From contig MU004201.1 of NCBI GenBank assembly GCA_010093605.1, positions 310,001 to 340,833 of the forward strand: DNA of 30,833 bases, in the 5' to 3' direction. Under the pieces are notes generated by a model. It made no database searches and had not been told where the DNA came from. It saw only the letters and a list, made by a program, of their open reading frames with translations. The position numbers and the translations under genes are program-made. The stretch comes from Lophium mytilinum (lineage: Eukaryota). Shown here in pieces: positions 23,401-30,833 of the stretch (position 1 is its first letter; each line of letters begins with the position of its first letter).

Positions 23401-24568
23401 GTAACTATAAAGTTATTAATAACCTCCTCTACGTCTATAAGCGGCTCTATGTTCTAGATATTAAATAACTGCGCACTTATATTATCTAATCTATGCAAGA
23501 ACCTAAGCCCGCTAGACACGCTAGGATAATATTAATCTACGCACGACTCTGTAAACACTATTACTAGCCTTAAATAACGTCCTCCATAGACTAGTATATC
23601 GGCGCCTTCCTAGCTTATAAAAGATCTAAACACTCTTAAGAAGGTAAATAAGGACTACTCCGTCCTCTGCCTATTCTAGATTAATATTAGTATTACATTT
23701 CTATTAACTTTATTACCCCCTTGCCAATCTATAAATAATAGGGGCGCAAGCTTAAATATATTATAGTTGTTGTTAATTAATTCTTAAAGAAGAGGAAGTT
23801 TATCCTTTCATTGCAATAAAAGGATATAATCCGCGCTCCGGTCTTAAACTAGTAGATAACTCTATAGCTAAAGGACTATAGAAGCCCCTTAGAGAGAAGG
23901 CTAATGCGCTCGCTAAGCGACTAAATAACCTCCGCCTGTTCCTCTATAATAAATTAATTTGGGTACAAGCTAGATAGATAGAGTTTGCTAACCGCAAGCG
24001 GAAACTAGCTACAGAGTTTAAAGTTGGTAACTAAGTTATATTGGACGCGCGCAATATTAAGACTTACCGCCTAAATAAATTACTAGACCATAAATAGCTT
24101 AGTCCCTTTAAAGTTACTAAGGTTATTAATAACGCCGCTTACTAATTAGATCTCCCACGCACTATAAAGGGAGTGTTTAATATCTTCCACCTATAGCTAC
24201 TCTACCGCATTACGCATAAGCTATTAAAAGGATAAATCCAGGAGGAACCTAGACCCGTTAAGATTAATAAAGAAGGCTACGAGCAATAGAATATTAATAA
24301 GACTATTAACTTACGTATTAATAAAGCTATGCTTAACCTAGCCACTAAATAAAAAGGCCTACTTTAGTATAAGATTCTCTATACTAGTTACCCTAAATGG
24401 AACGCTAATTCTTAATAGAAGTTCTATACTAGTGTTACTAACTACTATAATATTATTATAGACTATTACTACATCTACCTAAATATAAAAGGACCTTATA
24501 AGTCCTTCTAGAAACCTAAATATTAGGAGCCGCTACTCGCCCTAATTATGACAACGCTCTACAGATAA
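20470..24568 (+). pseudogene. pol: pol of C (PR-RT-RH-IN-chromodomain), RIP-inactivated, integrase core deleted
   Basis: DTGCS at 20604; RT ORF fragment 21558-21833 and YIDN (=Y.DD) at 21945-21956; RNase H TWVKCDSS at ~22392; GLLRPLPI at ~23652; chromodomain at ~24280-24500. Confidence 0.92.
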
Positions 24569-24843
24569 CGCCCGTTCCCTGCCTTGCTAACCCAACTAGT
24601 ACCGGTCGGCTAAGCTATTGTCGACTATATTAAACAACGCCGCACCGCGTGGACTGCGCAACGAAGCTTAGTAACGCATGTAAGATTAACTATATTACTA
24701 ACCTTATATCTAAGGCTTAGTAAGCACCTACTATAACCCGGAAGAATAATAGGCCGTTTATATAATTGCAAGATAGAAAGGACTACTCTATAGTAAGTAT
24801 ATATGCTAGAATAGGAAGGCTATATATATATAGCTTTCTTTTT

Positions 24844-24855
24844 AGAGGGGGGGAG
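24844..24855 (+). promoter_or_regulatory. Polypurine tract of C
   Basis: AGAGGGGGGGAG immediately before the 3' LTR. Confidence 0.88.
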
Positions 24856-25075
24856 TATTATAGCTGTAACGCGACCCTTATTATAATACTTTCCTATTAT
24901 AGGTAACAGCGTTACGTGGCTTCTATTATATGCCACCGTTACCTAACCTCGCTTAGCGCCAGCCTCGCCTACCTCTCGGCCGACGCTCCGCGCCCTACTC
25001 TCTCTTCTTGTAGCTAATTTGTTGTATACTTAATACAATTAGTTTTCTATTACAATTCTATATTACACCGTGACA
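24856..25075 (+). repeat. 3' LTR of C
   Basis: Ends in CCGTGACA; matches the 5' LTR. Confidence 0.95.
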
Positions 25076-25450
25076 CCACCCGGTTAGATACCCTGGAAGG
25101 AGGATTAAAATAATTTTAATAGTATTAGTAGTATATAGCTAGCTAGATTAAGCTAGAGGAACACTTATATAGTTAATTTAGTTTATAACCTTCTTTCTTT
25201 AGCTACTCCTTACAGGAGCTTAGACTTAAAGGGAAGAAGGGTAGTTTTAGGCCTTATAAGGCCTTTTTCTTTATTTATTGCGGGACGGGCATATAGGTTA
25301 CATGCCCTTACGCCTCTTAGCACGCTAGCGCGTTAGCACGCATATAGCAGCGTACTTCTAGCTGCTGCACTTACGTCTCTTTTCTCTCTTTATCTTATAA
25401 CTTCTATAGTATAGTAATTAAAATCTTACCTTTCTCTATATAGCCTATAA
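25076..25450 (+). mobile_element. 3' end of element A: last pol codons (stop 25106-25108), PPT (25228-25244) and probable 3' LTR (~25245-25450)
   Basis: The frame continues from 17137. A ctcct/aggag hairpin precedes AAAGGGAAGAAGGGTAG, followed by ~205 bp with imperfect inverted ends (ttttaggc...gcctataa). There is no second LTR copy in the window, so the ends are approximate. Confidence 0.65.
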
Positions 25451-28400
25451 GTTCTTATACTATTTATATATAGCCTAATTACTTTAAGCTAGCGCTAGCT
25501 TATAAGAAAGCTAAAGCTTAGGCGCGCACTAATAGACGCCCGTATAAATCTAGCAATGTTGTCTTAGGTCTAGCTAATTTTACTAATAACCTAGCAGCTA
25601 TTAGTCTCTACGCAATGTTAAAAGATAACTAACGGAAATTCTTTAAGAAGATAGAACGCAAGCTAATAAGCTGTAATAAACTTAAAGTATTAGTATCTAT
25701 AGAATATTATAGCTTCCTTAATATATAAGACCTAAAGAAAGCTAATAAGCTTCTATCCTATTATAAAGCAAAAGACGGCACTAATATTAACTACTAAATT
25801 AATATTAAGCTAGAATCTAAAGCACCGGCATTTAACGTCTACAGGCTCTTAAGAAATAAGATACTAGTTATTAAAACATTTATTAATAAGATATATAGTA
25901 AGGGCTATATTTAGAAAAGTAATAGTTAATATATAGCCCTAGTTATTATTTTCCATAAGCTAGGCGGAGGTCTACGCATCTGCGTTAATTATTGGGGCCT
26001 TAACGCTGTTACAATTAAGGCCCGGAATGTCCCTCTAGCAATAAAGGATACTCTAGCCTTATTAAAACACGCCCAATAATATATAAAGTTCGATGTTATT
26101 ACTGCCTTTCACGCTATCTAGATATAAAAAGGTAATAAAAAGTATATAGCGTTTCTTATAAGATACAGTTTATTTAAATTTACTATCCTATCTTTTAGCT
26201 TATACAATACTCTAGCAACATTCTAAGCCTTTATTAATAATATCCTCCTAGAGTACTTAGATAATTTCTTTATAGCGTACCTTAATAATATCCTTATTTA
26301 TAGTAATATACTTAAAGAGTATGTCGGCCACGTTAAGAAAGTCTTTTAATAACTTTATAAAGCTGGCCTCTTCCTTAATATTACTAAATATAAATTTTAT
26401 AAGTAAGAAGTTAAGTACCTAGGTATTATTATTAGCGTCGACAGCCTTAAAATGGACCTGCCTAAGGTAGAGACCGTTATTAATTAGCCCTAACTATAAA
26501 ACTTACAGGACGTAAAAGTATTCTTAGGCTTTTACAACTTCTATAAGTAATTTATTATCGCCTATTTAGATATTACAGGACCCCTTATATAACTGACTAA
26601 GGCAGAAGTCCGTAAATAGTTTACTTTCCTATAGTAGAAAGATAGCTAAGAGAATTTCTTCTTTAAATATAAATAAAACAGGCGTTTATTAACGCCCCTT
26701 AGATGGCCCACTTTAATCTAGATCTAGAGATGTAGGTAGAATATAATACATCTAATACTGTTACAGCTGCTATTTTATTATAAATATAGGCTAATAGCGT
26801 TCTCCGCCCTATTATATTTATATTATATTAGATAAGCGCTATATAACTTAATTACTAGATCTATAATAAAAAACTCCTTATAATTATCCGCGCCTTTAAA
26901 AGATAGCGTATAGAACTTACTAGTTAAAGCTATAGTAACCTAATTAAGGTGCTCTCTAACTACTAGATATTATAATACTTTATAGAAACTAAGCAGCTTG
27001 CTTAGAAATAAGCTAGATAGGCTAAGTTTCTCTAAGTTTAATTTCTACATTACTTATAGGCCAGGCAAGGATAATACTAAAGCTAATTTACTAATAAGGC
27101 ACCTAGGCAATATACTAGGTTAAGATAATAAGCGCTATAAAATCTAGTAGTAAACTATTTTAAAAGACTATAACCTTAAACTAGAAATGCGCTATACTAT
27201 TAAACTAGCCTATATTATAACTAACGGTGTTACCTATAATATAGCCTTCCTTGCAGCAATAATATACAACCTTATTAAAGTGGAACTTAATTAGGAGGAG
27301 TCTAAGAATAACCCTAATAAGAAGCTACTAGAGCTACTAAGTAGGTAGAAGGAGTTATAGAATAACCCTACTAAAGGTGCTATAGATTAAGATATTATAG
27401 ATTATATATAAGAAGCCCTTACTAATATTATTATTGCTAACGCTATTAAAGACGCTATTGGAGCTAAGCTACGCCGCCTGCCTACTAATATAGTTAAAAA
27501 TTACGGCGTTAAGCTTAAGCTCTATAATTATATAATTATAATAGCCTTATCTTTATTTAAAAAGACCGCCTATATATTTCTACTAAGAAGAAACTCTAGT
27601 TAGCTATTATTAAGACCCTTTAGAAACCTCAACGCGCTAGATATAGTAGAACTACGTCCACCTATAACCGCGTTTTAATATATTACTTCTAGCTATAGAT
27701 AACCTATAATATTAACCGTTATATTAAGGCCTATTAGCCGTGTAATTATATTAAGCACGCATAAGAAGTAAAGCAAGGCTTTCTTAAGCTACTCCCTATC
27801 CCTAAGCGATACTAGACTAATTTAATAGTAGATTTTATTAGTCCTCTGCCTAAATACTTATAATTTAGACGGGATTACTAATATCTTATAGTAGTTATTA
27901 ATAGGCTCTCTAAGATGCGTAAGTTTATCTCTATAGTTACTACATACACTAAGGAAGTAGCCTAAGCCTTTCTTAAATAGATATAGCGCATTAAAGGGTA
28001 TTTATAGTCTATTATTTCTAATAGAGAAATATAATTTATCTTAATCTTTTAGTTTCGCCTATGTAAATGCATTAGAATAAAGCTAAAGCTTTCTACCTCT
28101 TTCTACTCTAAACTAGATAGATAGACGGAAATTACTAATATAGGCTTTAAATAGTACTTTAGAGCATATAATTACTACTAGTAGAATAACTAGTATAACT
28201 TCCTTACTATTACTAAGTTTAAAGTTAACTTATTAAAGAATGCCTCTACTAGAGTAGCGCCTTTTACAGCTACTAAAGGTTATATTCCCAGCGCGGGCAC
28301 TAAACTAGCTACGCAATTGCTAGAAGACGCAACTGCATCTATAATTCATTCTACTAAGCTAGCGGATAAGCTTGTTAATAAGCTAGATAAGCTATACGCG

Positions 28401-29052
28401 TTCCTCTACACGGAAATTATTTAAGCTTAGGCTAAGTAAAAGAAATACGCTAACGCCGGATAATAACTAGCTTAGATATACTACCTAGGCGATTAAGTTA
28501 GACTTAATAGATAAAATAAACTGCCTAAATAAGAAACTTAACTTTAAGAAGCTAGGCCCCTTTAAGGTTCTAGAAAGCTATAAAAACGGCAGTGCATATA
28601 AGCTTAAGCTACCTAAGGGTATAGAAAACCTGCACCCTATCTTCTATCCTTAGTAACTCTACCCGGCTAACGCGGTCCCTATAGAAGAATAGTATAATCC
28701 TAAGCCTCTACCTATATAGATAACGCTAATATATTAGAAAGATAACGCTAAGAAGGTTATTAACTACTATCTTAATAGAAGATAACTTAACCCCACTAAA
28801 GGTAAAAGGGGCATACTCTAGTATAAAATTAGGTTTATTAGATAGTATAATAAATCCTAATATAATAACTATAATTACGCTAACAGTTGTCTATATTTTA
28901 TAGTAGACTTCTACTATTACTATCCTAAGAAGCTAGAACCTTACATGTTATTTATACTACTATTAGACTAGAAACTAATCTTAGCTAATATCCTTGCCGC
29001 TATAGACCTCCGTATAACTAATGCTGCAGAAGCTTACTAGACTAGCAGTTAA
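25451..29052 (+). pseudogene. pol: pol of D (PR-RT linker through chromodomain)
   Basis: HKLGGGLRICVNYWGLN (~25953), YLNN (26278-26289), RNase H (~26730-26990), LKLLPIP (~27783), RLSKMRKF (~27903), GPFKV (28555), chromodomain (~28730-28940). Confidence 0.9.
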
Positions 29053-29218
29053 ATTGATTTATTAAGAAGGCCTAAATGTAGACATGCATAATGATTAAAT
29101 ATAATATAATAGCATAGATTATTATAAGCACCTAGTAGTAGGCTAGCAGCTATAAAGGCTATATAGCTCCTTATAGCCCTATTATACCCGGTTCTAGTCT
29201 AGATAAATAAGGCTACTT

Positions 29219-29265
29219 ATAGTAATACTGCGCATAGTAATACTACGCATAGTAATACTATACAT
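29219..29265 (+). repeat. 15-bp tandem repeat (ATAGTAATACTRCGC x3) in the 3' UTR of D
   Basis: Units at 29219, 29234 and 29249. Confidence 0.85.
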
Positions 29266-29481
29266 GTCTATACTACTGCACTAAAACAGTAAGGCTGCAT
29301 AAAAATAGGAAGAATAAGCAATCCTCTAGAAATTAATTTATTTCCTTTATTTACTTACGGCTGTAACACGATAAAGTACTTTATTTAATAAATATTAAAC
29401 TAGTTATAGATACTCTAGCATAGAAATAACTCTCTGTTATAAAAGCTTTAAATTAGGGGGCTTCTTTAGAGGGAGAAGATG

Positions 29482-30513
29482 TGTTATAGCTATATAATTG
29501 CGCATAACACGTAACTAGAGGTTACGTAATAGAGGCTCTACGGAATAGGTAAATATTGCTCTGTATTTTAGGTTCTTATAACGTCCGTCCTAGAAACCTC
29601 TTTCTCTCTTATATTTATCTTATATTAAGGGCACTAATAATTCTATACCGGGTTTTTCCTCTATATATACCGTGTAATTCCTCTATATATACCTACTTAC
29701 GTCTAATCTTCTAATTAGCTTAGAGGGCTTGGAATACTGCTCCGGCGCTTTATAGTAAGGCTGTATAGCCTTCCTATTTTATTATGCATTCTTACTATTT
29801 TTAATAGACTATACTTAGTCGCGCGTAAGGCTATAGATAAGACTATATATATAGGCCGTGCGCAAGGCTATATATAAGGCTGTATTTATAGTAAGGCTAT
29901 ATAGTTATAGTAAGGCTGTATAGTATACCCGTTATACTATATATACTCCCTGTTTCCTATAGTATATAGGCTATTATATTACTATCTACGTGCCTGCGTG
30001 CCTATAAGCATGCTAAAACAGTTAAATTCTTACCTTATTACGGCCTCTCCGCATTAAACCTAGCCCCCCTACATCGCCCCTGCACCCCCCTAGCTATTCT
30101 AATCTATTAACGCCTCTATATACTATTTATATATTACTATCTAATATTAGAGCTCCTTATAAGAAAGCAGCGCTAGCGCTGCCTAAGGCTAAGGAGCTAG
30201 CTAAGGGGGCGGCTGGAGGGCTATAGTAAGAGGTGTATTATAGAGGAAGAGATTAAGAATAAGATTATAATTGCTTATAGCTACGCCGCACTTAGAGAGA
30301 GTATTTAGAATTAGTAGTAAACCTAAGCGAGCGAATTAGAGGCCTTATAGGGCCTCTCTAGACCAATTAGAAGATTAGATATAAATGGGTGTATATAGAG
30401 GAGAAAACAGGTATACATAGAGGAAAAACCTAGTGTAGGATTATTAGTCCCCTTTATTAATATTAATACTATTTAATTTAATAATTCCGATGTTCTAACC
30501 CTAAGCTCTAACA
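29482..30513 (+). repeat. 3' LTR of D (~203 bp: 29482-29627 plus 30457-30513), interrupted by the MITE
   Basis: Follows the PPT; 8/9 inverted termini TGTTATAGC / GCTCTAACA; B-family sequence begins directly after it. Confidence 0.7.
29628..30453. mobile_element. Non-autonomous TIR element (MITE-like, 826 bp, ~100-bp TIRs, probable TTA TSD; PIF/Harbinger-like termini)
   Basis: 29628-~29727 (agggcactaataattctataccgggtttttcctcta...tctaatcttctaattagcttagag) is the inverted copy of ~30354-30453. TTA at 29625-29627 and 30454-30456. No transposase recognised. Confidence 0.82.
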
Positions 30514-30784
30514 CGGGATAACTTCTAGATAGGGAGGCATTTAGTAAGGTAGATAAGTGCAGGTATATAGGTAGCACGTAATAAGTATTTAGGGCCTTTC
30601 TTAGTTATAGAGAAGAGAGCTTATTATCTAATATCTCTTTATCTTATAAAGTTTACCCTAGGTAGTATAACGGCCACGGCCTTATCTTTAATATAATATA
30701 ATTAAGGTTATTCTCTTCTACTCTCTCTCCCCTTTAGTAAATGTAATTCTTACTCTTATAACTATTCCGCCCTCTACTGCTACA
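30514..30784 (+). mobile_element. 3' end (PPT plus LTR 30540-30784) of an older B-family element 'E'
   Basis: gggataacttctagatagggaggca matches B's gggacgactcctaggtggggaggca. The following ~245 bp are colinear with 15626-15872 and more heavily RIP-mutated. Confidence 0.92.
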
Positions 30785-30833
30785 CTAACTAAGGTTATTA
30801 TAGGAATGAAGAAGTTTAAGTAATAGTAAGAGG

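Larger units (their letters stand above)
17138..25075 (+). mobile_element. Ty3/Gypsy chromovirus 'C', full-length (7938 bp), 220-bp LTRs, 5-bp TSD; heavily RIP-mutated
   Basis: LTRs at 17138-17357 and 24856-25075. TSD CTACC (17133-17137) / CCACC (25076-25080) differ by one RIP change. Removing C restores A's frame (VLLPG*IPWKED*). Confidence 0.95.
25451..30513 (+). mobile_element. Ty3/Gypsy chromovirus 'D', 3' part (RT-RH-IN-chromodomain, PPT, 3' LTR); related to C; very heavily RIP-mutated
   Basis: Pol motifs are colinear with C. PPT at 29468-29479. LTR TGTTATAGC (29482)...GCTCTAACA (30513) is split by a MITE. The 5' part is presumably upstream of the window. Confidence 0.85.

Overview
The whole window is transposon DNA from a fungus with repeat-induced point mutation (RIP; most likely a filamentous ascomycete). 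There are no intact host genes. It is a same-orientation nest of five Ty3/Gypsy LTR retrotransposon copies plus one TIR element. An old element E (3' end at 30514-30784) was hit by chromovirus D (25451-30513). D was hit by chromovirus A (1-3337, 15873-17137, 25076-~25450). A was in turn hit by B (3338-15872) and C (17138-25075, TSD CCACC). An 826-bp MITE-like element sits in the 3' LTR of D. All ORFs are RIP pseudogenes. B stands out: a 12.5-kb non-chromoviral (Ylt1-like) element, much less RIP-damaged than its neighbours. It has gag and protease in one frame, a G_GGA_AAC -1 frameshift/pseudoknot signal leading into RT-RH-IN, and a third ~995-codon ORF (12064-15051) between pol and the 3' LTR. 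After RIP reversal this ORF encodes a Cys/His module plus a PhyH-like 2OG-Fe(II) dioxygenase domain, and it is bracketed by repeated copies of the polypurine-tract motif. All motif calls come from manual translation; no database searches were run.
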